In this document: positions 1 through 10,678 of the stretch, piece after piece
Layout: each line of letters begins with the position of its first letter
Numbering within the stretch: position 1 is the first letter of the stretch
Assembly: GCA_019636615.1 (NCBI GenBank)
Contig: JAHBXF010000002.1
Span: forward strand, 1-64,000
DNA: 64,000 nucleotides
Origin: Phycisphaeraceae bacterium
Lineage (GTDB): Bacteria > Planctomycetota > Phycisphaerae > Phycisphaerales > UBA1924
Direction of reading: 5' to 3'
The notes under the pieces: model-generated
The model's database searches: none
Seen by the model: only the letters and a program-made list of their open reading frames with translations
What the model was told of the DNA's origin: nothing
Position numbers and translations under genes: made by a program

Positions 1-47
<47 letters not shown>

Positions 48-89
48 CGGGCCGGGCGGGCGGGTGTGTTCGAGGGCGAATGGGGGCGC

Positions 90-1532
90 TTAGAACTCGG
101 CCTGTTTGGGGGCGCGTGGGAAGGGGATGACGTCTCGGATGTTCTGCATGCCCGTGACGAAGAGGATGAGGCGCTCGAAACCCAGGCCGAAGCCCGCGTG
201 CGGGACGGTGCCGTATCGGCGCAGGTCGCGGTACCACCAGTAGTCGGCCTTGTTCAGGCCCATCTCGTCGAGGCGGCGGTCGAGCACGTCGAGGCGTTCT
301 TCTCGCTGGCTGCCGCCGATGATCTCGCCGATTCCCGGGACGAGCACGTCCATGGCGGCGACGGTCTCGGCGGGGGCGCCGTCGGTGCCCGGGTCGTTGA
401 CGCGCATGTAGAAGGCCTTGATGGACTTGGGGTAGTTCATCAGGATGACGGGCTGCTTGAAGTGCACTTCGGTGAGGTAGCGCTCGTGCTCGGATTGCAG
501 GTCGGCGCCCCAGCGGATGGGGAACTCGAACTTTGTGCCCGAGGCCGCGGCGGCTTCGAGGATGCGGATGGCCTCGGTGTAGGGCAGTCGGCGGAAGGGC
601 GTGTCGAGGACGTGGGTGAGGCGGGCGATGAGGCCCTTCTCGATGCGCTCGTCGAAGAACTTCATGTCGTCGGCGCGTTCAGAGAGCACGGCGCGGATGA
701 GGAACTTGATGAAGTCTTCGGCGATCTCGCTGTCGCGCTGCAGGTCGCAGAAAGCCATCTCGGGCTCGATCATCCAGAACTCGGCGAGGTGGCGGCTGGT
801 GTTGCTGTTCTCGGCGCGGAAGGTGGGGCCGAAGGTGTAGACGTTGGAGAGTGCGCTGCAGTACGTTTCGACGTTGAGCTGGCCCGAGACCGTCAGGTGG
901 GTTTCCTTGCCGAAGAAGTCGTGGGAGAAGTCGCAGGCCTTGCCGTCATCGGTGAGGGGGCGCGTGAGCATATCGAGGGTGCTCACGCGGAACATCTGGC
1001 CAGCGCCCTCGCAGTCGGAGCCGGTGACGATGGGCGTGTGGACGTAGAAAAAGCCCCGCTCGTGGAAGAAGCGGTGCACGGCCATGGAGAGACAGTGGCG
1101 CACGCGCGCGACCGCGCCGAAGGTGTTGGTGCGCACGCGGAGGTGGGCGACTTCGCGCAGGTACTCGAAGGTGTGCCGCTTGTTGCTGACGGGGTAGGTG
1201 TCGGGGTTTTCGACCCAGCCGACGACGCGGAGCGCGCCGCCCTGGGCGGGGTCTACCAGCACTTCCACGGCCTGCCCCTTGCCCTGGCTGGCGACGAGCA
1301 CCCCGTCGACCTCGACGCTGCAGCCGGTGGTGAGGCGCTGGGCCTGATCGAACCCCGGGAGAGAGGCACGGATCACGCACTGGATGGGCTCGAAGCACGA
1401 ACCGTCGGAGACGGCGACAAAGCAGAGGCCGCCGTCGGCCTTTGATTCACGGTTGGTGCGCACCCAGCCTTTGATCGTGACCGGGGTGCCGACTGGGGCT
1501 GAAAATGCGTGCTGGACGTGCAACCAGGACAT
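90..1532 (-). CDS. asnS: Asparagine--tRNA ligase (class II aaRS)
   Basis: ORF 90..1682(-). Motifs [24 protein letters not shown] and [13 protein letters not shown] are characteristic of AsnRS, with an N-terminal OB anticodon-binding fold. The internal Met ([10 protein letters not shown]) at 1532 gives about 480 aa, typical for AsnRS. Confidence 0.85.
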   Translation of the reverse strand: MSWLHVQHAFSAPVGTPVTIKGWVRTNRESKADGGLCFVAVSDGSCFEPIQCVIRASLPGFDQAQRLTTGCSVEVDGVLVASQGKGQAVEVLVDPAQGGALRVVGWVENPDTYPVSNKRHTFEYLREVAHLRVRTNTFGAVARVRHCLSMAVHRFFHERGFFYVHTPIVTGSDCEGAGQMFRVSTLDMLTRPLTDDGKACDFSHDFFGKETHLTVSGQLNVETYCSALSNVYTFGPTFRAENSNTSRHLAEFWMIEPEMAFCDLQRDSEIAEDFIKFLIRAVLSERADDMKFFDERIEKGLIARLTHVLDTPFRRLPYTEAIRILEAAAASGTKFEFPIRWGADLQSEHERYLTEVHFKQPVILMNYPKSIKAFYMRVNDPGTDGAPAETVAAMDVLVPGIGEIIGGSQREERLDVLDRRLDEMGLNKADYWWYRDLRRYGTVPHAGFGLGFERLILFVTGMQNIRDVIPFPRAPKQAEF

Positions 1533-1730
1533 ATAACTGTGTCTCCGTGTGAGGTGGGGCACGATGGTAGCGGCGGCGGGGGCCCCCCCGTGGGTGCAAC
1601 CGGCCGGCTCGTTTTCGGAATGCAATGCTGACCGTGGGGATTCGGTCCCCTCCGGGGGCTGGCGGCGAACAGAACCGGGCACGGTGGGCGCCCGGGCTTG
1701 GCAGTATCACTTCTGGGCAAGGAGGACTCG

Positions 1731-3404
1731 ATGGGTGAAACCTTTCTTCTCGTCGGAATCACAATGGCGGTGCTGTGCCTGGTGGGGGCGTTCAAGGGCC
1801 CTTCGGCGCTTGCCCGCAGCGCGAGCGCGGTGGGCGCGGTATTTTTTCTGCTCGGGGGGCTGCTGCTGAGCAGTGTGCAGTATGTCGCCTCGGATCAGGT
1901 GGGCATCGTGACGCGCAACGCGCTGGGCCCGAGCCTGAAGGATGGCAAAATCATCGCCGTGGATGGCGAGATGGGCGTGCAGGCCGACGTGCTGGCCCCC
2001 GGCTGGCATGTCGGATACTGGCCGGTGATGTACACCGTGCGCACGGTACCGCTGACGGTGGTCGAGTCGGACAATGTCGGCTTGATCGAGACCCGCGACG
2101 GGTTGCCCCTCGAGGATGGGCAGCTCTTTGCGCCCGAGTGGCCGCGCGAGAACTTCCAGCGGATGCTCGATGCGAGGTACTTCCTGACGGAGGGGGGCGG
2201 TCGCAAGGGCAAGCAGGCGTCGGTGCTCACGCCGGGCAAATACCGCATCAACACGGAACTCTTCCGGGTGACAGCGGTGAAGCAGACCGAGGTGGTCGCG
2301 GGTGAGGTGGCGGTGCTCAAGGCCAACTACGGCACGCCGCCCACGCAGAAGGTGCGCATCGGCCAGGTGGGCTCGGGCGTGATCGCCGAGGGGGATGACG
2401 AGCAGATCGTGCGGCTCGCGGGCCCGGGCGAGATGGGCGTTCGTCGCGACGTGCTGCCGCCGGGCAAGTATCCGATCAACACCGATGCGTTCACGGTGAC
2501 GGAAGTGTGGACCACGCAGATGGTGGCGCACTACACCAAAGGCGTGGCGACAAACCCATCGTCGTCATCGAGCGGCCCTTCGATCCAGGAAGAGCAGGAG
2601 ATCACGGTTCGCACGAGCGACGGGTTCACATTCCCGGTGGACGTGCGCGTGGAGTACATCATCGAGCCGCGCAACGCGCCGATCGTGGTGGAAAAACTCG
2701 GTGATGACGAGAGCGAGCGGTTCCGCAACGTGCTCAACTCGGCGGTGCGGGCGACATTCCGCAACAACGCCGAGACGGTCCGGGCGCTGGACTACGTGCA
2801 GCAGCGTTCGCAGCAGGAGTCGCAGTCGCTGTCGAACCTGGCCGAGGAACTCTCGCGGTACGGCATCACCGTGACGGCGGTGCGCATCGGCAACGTGGGC
2901 GACGAGCAGTCGCTGGGCCTGCTTCTCAAGACCCAGACCGACCGCGAGATCGCCAAGCAGGAGCAGTTGACCTTCAAGGAACAGCAGCGCGCGGCCGAGG
3001 AGAAGAAGCAACTCTCCCGCGCCCAGCAGGAAGCCGAGGAAGAAAAACGGCTGGCCACGTCGGCGTACGCGGTGAAAATCGCCGACGAGGTGAAGAAGTC
3101 CCGTGTGACCGAGGCCCAGGCGGAGGCCGAGTCGATCCGCATCCGCGCCGAAGCGCAGGCGGATGCCTACAGGCTGATCGCCGAGCAGGTTGGCAGCACG
3201 CAGGCCGCGATGATCGAGATGCTCAAGATCGTGGGCGAGAAGGGCATTCAGATCACGCCGCGCGTGTTCATCAACGGCGGGGGTAGCGGCGTGAGCGGCG
3301 ACAGCGTGAACGCGGCGTTTGTGGGCACCATTCTGGAGACGCTGGTGTCGAAGGATGAAACCACGACGGCACGCCCCGCGGGCGGCGAACCGCGGCGGGA
3401 TTGA
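1731..3404 (+). CDS. SPFH/band-7 (flotillin-like) membrane protein with a long coiled-coil
   Basis: ORF 1698..3404. GGAGGA RBS lies upstream of the ATG at 1731. N-terminal TM helix, band-7 core, then a KQEQ/AEEKK/EAEEEKR coiled-coil tail typical of flotillin/YqiK-like proteins. Confidence 0.7.
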   Translation: MGETFLLVGITMAVLCLVGAFKGPSALARSASAVGAVFFLLGGLLLSSVQYVASDQVGIVTRNALGPSLKDGKIIAVDGEMGVQADVLAPGWHVGYWPVMYTVRTVPLTVVESDNVGLIETRDGLPLEDGQLFAPEWPRENFQRMLDARYFLTEGGGRKGKQASVLTPGKYRINTELFRVTAVKQTEVVAGEVAVLKANYGTPPTQKVRIGQVGSGVIAEGDDEQIVRLAGPGEMGVRRDVLPPGKYPINTDAFTVTEVWTTQMVAHYTKGVATNPSSSSSGPSIQEEQEITVRTSDGFTFPVDVRVEYIIEPRNAPIVVEKLGDDESERFRNVLNSAVRATFRNNAETVRALDYVQQRSQQESQSLSNLAEELSRYGITVTAVRIGNVGDEQSLGLLLKTQTDREIAKQEQLTFKEQQRAAEEKKQLSRAQQEAEEEKRLATSAYAVKIADEVKKSRVTEAQAEAESIRIRAEAQADAYRLIAEQVGSTQAAMIEMLKIVGEKGIQITPRVFINGGGSGVSGDSVNAAFVGTILETLVSKDETTTARPAGGEPRRD

Positions 3405-3460
3405 GTCTCGGCGGCCAAGGGGCCGGCGCCCCGTGCAGAATGTCGCGGGCGACAACGTAG

Positions 3461-3498
3461 TCCACGAAAAGGCCCCGCCATGAAAGTGGCGGGGCCTT
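3461..3498 (-). terminator. Intrinsic terminator hairpin between convergent genes (11-bp GC stem AAGGCCCCGCC/GGCGGGGCCTT, loop ATGAAAGT), with a TTTT tract on the minus-strand side
   Basis: Perfect inverted repeat at 3469-3498. The reverse complement of 3461-3468 supplies the U-tract for the minus-strand transcript. Confidence 0.6.
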
Positions 3499-3538
3499 GT
3501 TGATAACCGGGTTGAGAGGGCGGGAGTGTTGAGTTGGT

Positions 3539-4474
3539 TCAGCGGGGGTTGTTGATCCAGCCGTAGGGGTAGGCGACGCCGTCTTTGCTCACCTTGCGCC
3601 AGCGGGTGTTGATGTTGCCGCGGTTGGCGTAGAGGTCGTTGCACTCGAAGTCGGCGAGGCGGTTGCGGCCTTCTTCAGGGGGCATGCCGCGCCGGTATTC
3701 GATGCCGTCGGAGGGTGGCTTCCAGAGGGTTGCCGAGCCGTCGAGGAAGGCGACGTGGCCGCCGCGTGCGTGCCGGTTGGTCTGCTGGTCCCAGTTGCCG
3801 AACATGCCGTCGCGGTATTCCTGGTTGTAGAAGCGGGTGGATTCTTCGAAGAAGATGGGGATGTCGTGGAAGAGGGTGAGGGAGGCGACGTGGTTTGGGG
3901 GGAGTGTTTCGGGCGTGTCGGTGTAGATCTGCGGGGGGATGTAGCCAATCTTTGTCTGTGCGCCGAGTTTGGCGCCCTCGACCTCGTCGAGCATGGTGTA
4001 GTCGAAGTCTACCCCGGTGCGGGAGGCCCACATGTTGTTGTACTCCTGCCCGTCGATGCGCTGGCGCTTGTTGCTGGGGCACTCGCTGACCTGGTGGGCG
4101 TTGGCGACGTATTGATAGATGAAGCCGGGTTGGCGGACGCCGTTCTCGATGATCTGCGCCCACTGGGCGACGTTGGTGGCCGGTGGTGCCGGGGGCGGGG
4201 GCGGGTTGGTTTCCGGGTCCCAGTAGCGGTCGCCGTTAGGCCACGACCATCGCTTGGAGATCGGCCAGATGGTGTCTTTGAAGTCCATGGCGTAGAGAAC
4301 GGCCGCGGTGCCGAACTGTTTGTTGTTCGAGAGGCACTTGGCGATGCGGCCGGCTTCGCGCGCCTTGCCCAGCGCGGGCAGCAGGAGCCCGAGCAGCAGG
4401 GCGATGATCGCGATGACAACCAGCAACTCGATCAGCGTGAAGGCGCGCACGGAGATGCCTTGGCGGTGCTGCAT
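3539..4474 (-). CDS. DUF1559/H-X9-DG family prepilin-type N-terminal cleavage/methylation domain protein (Planctomycete type II pseudopilin-like)
   Basis: The internal start [35 protein letters not shown] is a class III (prepilin) signal. A Gly/aromatic-rich DUF1559-like body follows. Start codon at 4472-4474. Confidence 0.75.
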   Translation of the reverse strand: MQHRQGISVRAFTLIELLVVIAIIALLLGLLLPALGKAREAGRIAKCLSNNKQFGTAAVLYAMDFKDTIWPISKRWSWPNGDRYWDPETNPPPPPAPPATNVAQWAQIIENGVRQPGFIYQYVANAHQVSECPSNKRQRIDGQEYNNMWASRTGVDFDYTMLDEVEGAKLGAQTKIGYIPPQIYTDTPETLPPNHVASLTLFHDIPIFFEESTRFYNQEYRDGMFGNWDQQTNRHARGGHVAFLDGSATLWKPPSDGIEYRRGMPPEEGRNRLADFECNDLYANRGNINTRWRKVSKDGVAYPYGWINNPR

Positions 4475-4695
4475 TTCGATTCCTTCGCGTACAGGTGCCC
4501 CAAAACGGCCGAATGGCCTCAGAGCAGTATACCAGAAACCTGACAGGGGTGGAAGCGCATCGGGAGCAATTTCATCGAATTCTGGTGCCGGGGAGCAACG
4601 CCACGGGCTTGATACTTGACCCAGGGGGGAGGCGGCCGGTTTCAGGGCCCCTGGCGGGGGTCTGGGGGCCTCGCGGGGGCCCGAGAGCGAAGAGA

Positions 4696-5721
4696 ATGGG
4701 GCCGAAGGCGTACGCTGAGGGTGTGATCGTCGGCACCTCAACCCAGCAGCAGCCCCCGGCGACCGTAGAGGAACTCATCGGCCCTGAACTCGCGGCTCAG
4801 TTAGAGCGGCTCGATGTCACCTCACGAAAGATGCTCTCGGGCAAACTTCCCGGCGAAAGACGGTCGAAGCGGCGCGGCCGGAGCGTGGAGTTCGACGACT
4901 TCCGCGACTACACGGCCGGGGACGATCTGCGGCACATCGACTGGAATGTGCTGGCAAGGCTCGATCGTCTCTTTGTGAAACTCTTCCGCGAAGAAGAAGA
5001 CCTTGCGCTGCACCTGTGTCTGGACCTGAGCCCCTCGATGGATTCCGGGACGCCATCCAAACTCATCTACGGCGCGAGGCTCACGGCCGCGTTGGCGTAC
5101 ATCGGGCTGGTGAAGCAGAACCGTGTGGGGGTGAGCGTCTTTGGGGTTGGCGAAAGCGGGCAGGCGTCGACGCCGCGCCGGCTGAGCCCGCTCCGTGGGC
5201 GTTCTGGCATGCGCCGGGTCGGCGCGTTCCTGCTGTCGCAGGTGAAAGAGGCGACACGGGGGATCAGGCCGACGATCGACCCCGGGCAGACGTTCAGCGG
5301 GGCGATGCGGTCGCTCACGCGTGCGCCCGGGGCGCGCGGGGTGATGATCGTGGTGTCCGACTTTCTGCTCAGCGAAGGGCTGGAAGAGGGCCTCTCGTAC
5401 CTGGGCGCGGCGACCATGAGCGGGGCCTTTGACACGTCGTGCGTGCACCTGGTTTCGCCGCAGGAGCACGACCCCGCCACGGCGCGCAGCGCCGGGGTGT
5501 ACGGCGACCTGAGATTGACCGATGCCGAAACGGGGCGCGCGGCGGAAGTCACCATTTCGCCAGAGTCTCTCGCGCGGTATCGCGCCGCTTTCGAAGCGCA
5601 CCTGGCACGCGTGAAGCAGTGCTGCGTGTCGCGCGGGGTGGCGCACTTTCTGGTGCAGACATCAACGCCCATGCCCGACCTGCTCCTGCGGACGATGCGC
5701 CGCGGTGGCGTGGTGGGGTGA
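4696..5721 (+). CDS. DUF58 family protein (vWA-like, usually a MoxR partner)
   Basis: Motif [47 protein letters not shown] matches the conserved DUF58 N-terminal block. Start chosen at ATG 4696 (MGPKAY). The upstream portion of ORF 4495.. is probably not translated. Confidence 0.65.
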   Translation: MGPKAYAEGVIVGTSTQQQPPATVEELIGPELAAQLERLDVTSRKMLSGKLPGERRSKRRGRSVEFDDFRDYTAGDDLRHIDWNVLARLDRLFVKLFREEEDLALHLCLDLSPSMDSGTPSKLIYGARLTAALAYIGLVKQNRVGVSVFGVGESGQASTPRRLSPLRGRSGMRRVGAFLLSQVKEATRGIRPTIDPGQTFSGAMRSLTRAPGARGVMIVVSDFLLSEGLEEGLSYLGAATMSGAFDTSCVHLVSPQEHDPATARSAGVYGDLRLTDAETGRAAEVTISPESLARYRAAFEAHLARVKQCCVSRGVAHFLVQTSTPMPDLLLRTMRRGGVVG

Positions 5722-5756
5722 TGCCCGGGCGCATGGTGGGCCCGGCGCGGCACTGG

Positions 5757-6386
5757 CTATTTCGAACGGATCTGTTCGAGCAGCGCGTCGTCGATGCCCA
5801 GGTATTCGCGCATCTGGCGGTCGTAGGTTTCGCTGTCTTCGTCGCGGGAGAGGTCCAGACGCATCTCGTTGATGACCTTGGTGCCCTGACGCACCCAGTC
5901 GTCCCAGGTTTCCTGGGAAATGTGCTCGGCGATCCACGCGCCGACGGGCCCGCGGAAGGGTGGGCGGGCCATCTTGTTCCCGGGGCGGCCGGTGCGGGTG
6001 CAAAGGAACGAGCCCTCCGGGGCGATGGGGACCTGCGCCGCTTCGGCCTCGGGCACCGGGGCGCCCAGGCTTTCGAGCAGGTCTTTGATGCCCTTCTGGG
6101 GCAGGTATTCTCCCCGGCGGGTCGCGACTTTGTACCCGTCGGTGAGGATCGACACGGCCTGGTCACGCTGGCCGCTCTCGATGAGGGCCTTGCCGGCGAG
6201 TTGGTACGCCTTGGACATCACAGGGTTGAGCGTAGTGCAGCGAAGGAAGGCGGTGGCGGCGTCGGCGTGTCTGCCTGCGTCGGCGTATGCCTGCGCCAGG
6301 CTGAACCAGGCCATGTCGTTGTTCGGGTCGGCCTCTGGGCGGACCATGGTCTCGAACTGGGCGATGCGTTGGGCAACATCCATCAT
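5757..6386 (-). CDS. TPR-repeat domain fused to a YggX-like Fe(2+)-trafficking/oxidative-damage protection domain
   Basis: N-terminal half has TPR-like helices (AWFSLAQAYADAGRHADAATAFLRCTTLNP...). C-terminal FLCTRTGRPG...PGPVGAWIAEHISQETWDDWVRQGTKVINEMRLDLSRDE matches the YggX family. Confidence 0.65.
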   Translation of the reverse strand: MMDVAQRIAQFETMVRPEADPNNDMAWFSLAQAYADAGRHADAATAFLRCTTLNPVMSKAYQLAGKALIESGQRDQAVSILTDGYKVATRRGEYLPQKGIKDLLESLGAPVPEAEAAQVPIAPEGSFLCTRTGRPGNKMARPPFRGPVGAWIAEHISQETWDDWVRQGTKVINEMRLDLSRDEDSETYDRQMREYLGIDDALLEQIRSK

Positions 6387-6446
6387 GATGAGGCAAGGGT
6401 AGGGGCGTGCGTCGAGCGTGCGTGCGTCTCCCTACATTCCTGACGC

Positions 6447-7448
6447 GTGACGGCCGGAATCGACATCCTCTGCACCGATCTGTGCGGCCTGAGCCTGCGC
6501 ACGCCCGTGCTGCTCGCTGCGGGCACGGCCGGCACACTCGACGAGATGTCCGACGTGATAGACCTTTCCCGCGTCGGCGGGGTGGTGACCAAGTCGATCA
6601 CCCGGGAGCCGCGCGAGGGCAACGCCACGTGGCGCCTTATTCCTACTGATCACGGCATGCTCAATGCGGTGGGGCTGGCGAACATCGGTGTTGAGGCGTT
6701 CGTTCGTGAGTATGGCCCCCGCGTGGCCGGGGTGCCCACGGTGGTCGTGGGCTCGGTGTCGGAGTTCAGCGTGGAGGGGTTTGTCGCGGTGGCCGGGGCG
6801 CTGGGCGAGATTCCCGGCATGGCCGGGGTTGAGTTGAACGTGTCGTGCCCGAATGTGAACCACGGGTGCGAGTTCGGGTCTGACCCGCGGTTGCTGGCCG
6901 AGTTGGTGAAAGAGGTTCGGCGCGTGCTTCCCCGCTGCAGGCTGCTGGTGAAACTCAGCCCCGTGGTGATGGGTGTGCCGGGCGTGGTGGCGGTAGCCCG
7001 CGCGGCGATCGAACCCGGGGGCTCTTCGCCGACAGGGCCGAACCAGCGGCCCGGCGCCGATGCGCTGTGCATCGCCAACACGGTGCCGGCGATGGTGATC
7101 GATGTTGAGTCGCGCCGGCCCCGGCTGTCGCGTGGCAGTGGGGGTCTGTCGGGGCCGGGCATCCACCCCATCGCGGTGAAACTGGTTCACGAGGCGTACA
7201 CGGGGGTCTGCCGCGACACGGGAACACCCATCGTGGGCATCGGGGGCGTGCTCACGTGGCAAGACGCGGCGGAGTTCATCCTCGCGGGGGCGTCGGCGGT
7301 GGAGATCGGCACGGGGCTGTTTGTCGATCCCCGGTGCCCGCTGCACGTGGCGAAGGGGCTTGCCGGCTGGGCCTCGCGCCAGGGCGTGGCGCGCGTGCAA
7401 GACCTCACGGGCAGGCTCGAAGCGCCCCTTGATCCATCCGCCCGGTGA
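6447..7448 (+). CDS. pyrD: Dihydroorotate dehydrogenase (class 1B-like catalytic subunit)
   Basis: GTG start. Motifs GLSLRTPVLLAAG, NAVGLANIGVEAF, ELNVSCPN and IVGIGGV match the PyrD family. Confidence 0.8.
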   Translation: MTAGIDILCTDLCGLSLRTPVLLAAGTAGTLDEMSDVIDLSRVGGVVTKSITREPREGNATWRLIPTDHGMLNAVGLANIGVEAFVREYGPRVAGVPTVVVGSVSEFSVEGFVAVAGALGEIPGMAGVELNVSCPNVNHGCEFGSDPRLLAELVKEVRRVLPRCRLLVKLSPVVMGVPGVVAVARAAIEPGGSSPTGPNQRPGADALCIANTVPAMVIDVESRRPRLSRGSGGLSGPGIHPIAVKLVHEAYTGVCRDTGTPIVGIGGVLTWQDAAEFILAGASAVEIGTGLFVDPRCPLHVAKGLAGWASRQGVARVQDLTGRLEAPLDPSAR

Positions 7449-7490
7449 GGTGGTGGCGCGAGCGTTGAGGCCGCGGCAGGCAGGAAAGAA

Positions 7491-9650
7491 ATGGGCGAGA
7501 AAGGCCCGCCCGGGGCCGCGCAGCGCCCGGAGCGCGCCGACAATTCATCGCACATGCTTGAACGCGCATTTGATCTCTTTCTTGTGGTCTTCGGCTTCGG
7601 GCTCATCATCTTTGTGCACGAGTTGGGGCACTTTCTCGCGGCGCGATGGGCGGGCATCCGGGTGCTGGCGTTCGCGGTGGGGCTGGGCCCGGCGCTGGTG
7701 TCGTTCCGCAAGGGGCTGGGCTTCAAGGCGGGCAGCAGCGAGCCGGAGTATCTCCGGCGGCTCGAACAGGACGGTGCCGAGGGTGTGAGCCCGACCGAGT
7801 ACCGGCTCAACTACCTGCCCTTCGGCGGGTATGTGAAGATGCTCGGGCAGGAAGACGGCAACCCGGGCGCGGTGAGTGACGCCCCGGACAGTTATCAGGT
7901 GTGCAAGCCCTGGAAGCGCATGGTGGTGATCTCGGCGGGCGTGGTGATGAACCTCATCACGGCGGCGGTGCTCTTTGTGGTGGTGTTCATGGTGGGGCTG
8001 CGGGCCGAGCCGCTGAAGGTCGGTGCGGTGGCGCCCGGTTCGCCCGCGTCGCGTGCCTCGGCCATCAACGCGCCCGAAGCCGGTGTGAGACGGCCGGGTC
8101 TGCAGCCGGGAGACCGCATCCTTGCGATCAACGGCGAGGCGAGGCGGTCGTTCAATGATCTTGTGCTCGCCACGGCCATGGCCAAGGCCGAGGTTCCGAT
8201 CGAACTGCGCGTCGAGCGCCCCGGCGTGTCGATGCCGCTCACATTCCTCATCAGGCCTGAAGTGGGGGCGTCGTCGGGCCTCTTTGAGTTGGGCGTTGAG
8301 CCCAGCCGCTCGGCGCAGGTTCCCGACTTTGCCGATGCACAACAGCGTGACAGATTCGCGAAGTCGCTGGCCCGCGTGGGATTGACGGGCGTGGAGCCGG
8401 GCATGCGGCTCGCCCGCGTCGACGGCTCACCCGTGAGCGAGGGCAACGCGCTCTTCGCCGCGGCGGTGCAGGGCGAGGGTCGCCCCATCGTCGCCCGCTT
8501 CGAGAAGGAAGGGCGGGGGGTTGATGTCACCATCACGCCGCGTCCGCAGTTTCAGACCGACCACGTGATACGGGCCGGCGGCGTGGTGAGCCCGGTCGAG
8601 CACCTGCTGGGCCTGACGGGGGTGATGAAAGTGGACGCCGTGTCCGAAGAGGCGCGGGGCAAGGGCCTTGAAGAAGGGGACATCTTCGCCAGATTGGGCA
8701 CGGTCGAGTACCCGAGCATCGCCCAGGGAATATCAGAGATCAAAGCGCACACGGGCCGGCGCATCCCGGTGGTTGTGCTCAGGCGGGGCGCCGAGGGCGG
8801 GCTCGAAGAAGTCACGCTCGACGCCGTGACAGTCAACCGCAAGGGGCAGATCGGTTTCGGTGTGATCGATACCGCCGAAAGTCAGACACTCCTGGCGATG
8901 CCGCCTGAAAAACTCAGCAGGCCCGGGCAGCGAGGAGAGTTCGTGCCCGCGGCCACCCGCCTGGTGCGGGCGCCGGGCACGCGGATCATCTCGATCAACG
9001 ACACGAGCGTGGCGAACTTCGCCGATGTTCGCGCGGCGCTGCGAGAGGCGACCTCGCGCGACGGCGGCGAACGCACGGTACGCGTGCGTGTGCGCAGGCC
9101 CGTGGAGGGCATGCCGCGCGACGAGGCGCCCGCGGAGGTGGTGGAGTGGAAGTTGAGCGGCGAAGAAGTGGCGCAGGTGCACGCGCTGGGGTGGGAGAGC
9201 CCCATCGGCGGCGGTATCTTTGAACTCGAGCAGGCACTTCTCAAAGCGTCGGGCGTGGGCGAGGCGATCTCGATGGGTGTCTCTGAGACACACCGCGTGA
9301 TGCTGTCAACGTACGTGACGTTCGCCAGGCTCTTTCAGGGCACGGTGAAGATCGAGCACCTGAAAGGGCCCGTGGGCATCGCGCACCTTGGCACGCTGGT
9401 CGCCGGGCGGGGCATGATCTGGCTGCTCTTCTTCTTCGCGCTCATCAGCGTCAATCTCGCGGTGATCAACTTCCTGCCCCTGCCCGTGGTAGACGGCGGG
9501 CAGTTCCTCTTCCTGCTCTTCGAGCAGATCCGCGGCAAGCCCGCGCCCATGGTGGTGCAGAACGTGGCGACGCTGGCGGGCCTGGCGCTCATCCTGTGCG
9601 TGTTTCTCTTCGTGACATTCAACGACGTGCGCAACCTGCTGGGGCTGTGA
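7491..9650 (+). CDS. rseP: RIP metalloprotease RseP (site-2 protease, M50 family) with PDZ domains
   Basis: HELGHF zinc motif sits in TM1, with PDZ-like segments and a C-terminal M50 core. AGGAAAG RBS lies upstream of 7491. An alternative start MLERAF at 7551 is possible. Confidence 0.8.
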   Translation: MGEKGPPGAAQRPERADNSSHMLERAFDLFLVVFGFGLIIFVHELGHFLAARWAGIRVLAFAVGLGPALVSFRKGLGFKAGSSEPEYLRRLEQDGAEGVSPTEYRLNYLPFGGYVKMLGQEDGNPGAVSDAPDSYQVCKPWKRMVVISAGVVMNLITAAVLFVVVFMVGLRAEPLKVGAVAPGSPASRASAINAPEAGVRRPGLQPGDRILAINGEARRSFNDLVLATAMAKAEVPIELRVERPGVSMPLTFLIRPEVGASSGLFELGVEPSRSAQVPDFADAQQRDRFAKSLARVGLTGVEPGMRLARVDGSPVSEGNALFAAAVQGEGRPIVARFEKEGRGVDVTITPRPQFQTDHVIRAGGVVSPVEHLLGLTGVMKVDAVSEEARGKGLEEGDIFARLGTVEYPSIAQGISEIKAHTGRRIPVVVLRRGAEGGLEEVTLDAVTVNRKGQIGFGVIDTAESQTLLAMPPEKLSRPGQRGEFVPAATRLVRAPGTRIISINDTSVANFADVRAALREATSRDGGERTVRVRVRRPVEGMPRDEAPAEVVEWKLSGEEVAQVHALGWESPIGGGIFELEQALLKASGVGEAISMGVSETHRVMLSTYVTFARLFQGTVKIEHLKGPVGIAHLGTLVAGRGMIWLLFFFALISVNLAVINFLPLPVVDGGQFLFLLFEQIRGKPAPMVVQNVATLAGLALILCVFLFVTFNDVRNLLGL

Positions 9651-9691
9651 AGTGCCGGGCCATGGCCGCTGGTTGATCCTGGAGGTGCGTC

Positions 9692-10675
9692 GTGTTGGAT
9701 CTCACGCTGGGCGAGGTGATCGGGGCATTGGCCGACACCGCGGGCCTGCTGCTGGTGGGCGGGGTGATATTCGCCGCGGGGTTGATCGGCTTTACCTATC
9801 ACGCGCTTCGGAACCCGCCCCGGCGCACCTACGGGGTGGCGCTGGCGCAGGGGCGTGCGGGAGACCCGTCAGAGGTTGAGGGGCACGACCTGGCGTGGGA
9901 AGCGTGGGAGGTGCGCTCACGCGGGCGAGCATTGCCGGTGTGGAGCATCGCCGGCCGCAAGGCTGATGGGCCCGTGGTTGTGCTCACGCACGGCTGGGGT
10001 GATTCGCGCATCGGCGGGTTGACGCGCGTGCCGACGCTGGTGGGGTTGGCCTCTCGCCTGATTCTGTGGGAAAGCCCGGGGCACGGCGAGGCCCCCGGCC
10101 GCTGCGACCTGGGCGTTGGCGAGGTTGACGACCTGGTGGCCCTTCTCGACACGCTCGGGCGGGCAGCGCCGTTGGTGCTGTATGGGTGGTCGCTGGGCGC
10201 GGGGGTTTCGATCGCCGCCGCGGCGCGATCCCCGGCGGGCATCGCGGGTGTGGTGGCCGAGTCGCCCTACCGCGTGCCAGTCACGCCGGCACGCGGGATG
10301 CTTCGTGTGATGGGGCTGCCGCACCGAGTGACGCTTGCCGTGGCGCTGAGGCTGCTGGGCCTGCGCGTGGGGGCGGGGGGTGACTTTGCAAGGCCAGAGC
10401 CCTTCGACCGGGCGGCGCACGCCGCGAGGCTACGGTGCCCGCTGCTGGTGCTGCACGGAGACTGCGACGAACTGAGCCCGATCGAAGATGGGCGTGCGAT
10501 CGCGGCGGCGGCGGGCCCCCGGGGCCTGCTGCATGAACTGGCGGGCGTGGGGCACTGGGGGTTGTGGACGCGTGAAGAGGTGCGCGACGGGGTGTGCCGG
10601 GCTGTCGAGCAGTTTGTGCAGGGGCTGTGCGGGCAGCGCGGCTCCGCCACGGCCACGCAAGCCTCTCTACAGTGA
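9692..10675 (+). CDS. Alpha/beta-fold hydrolase
   Basis: HGWGDS oxyanion region, GWSLGAG nucleophile elbow and a C-terminal GHWG motif. GTG start with GGAGG 6 nt upstream. N-terminal TM helix. Confidence 0.7.
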   Translation: MLDLTLGEVIGALADTAGLLLVGGVIFAAGLIGFTYHALRNPPRRTYGVALAQGRAGDPSEVEGHDLAWEAWEVRSRGRALPVWSIAGRKADGPVVVLTHGWGDSRIGGLTRVPTLVGLASRLILWESPGHGEAPGRCDLGVGEVDDLVALLDTLGRAAPLVLYGWSLGAGVSIAAAARSPAGIAGVVAESPYRVPVTPARGMLRVMGLPHRVTLAVALRLLGLRVGAGGDFARPEPFDRAAHAARLRCPLLVLHGDCDELSPIEDGRAIAAAAGPRGLLHELAGVGHWGLWTREEVRDGVCRAVEQFVQGLCGQRGSATATQASLQ

Positions 10676-10678
10676 GGC

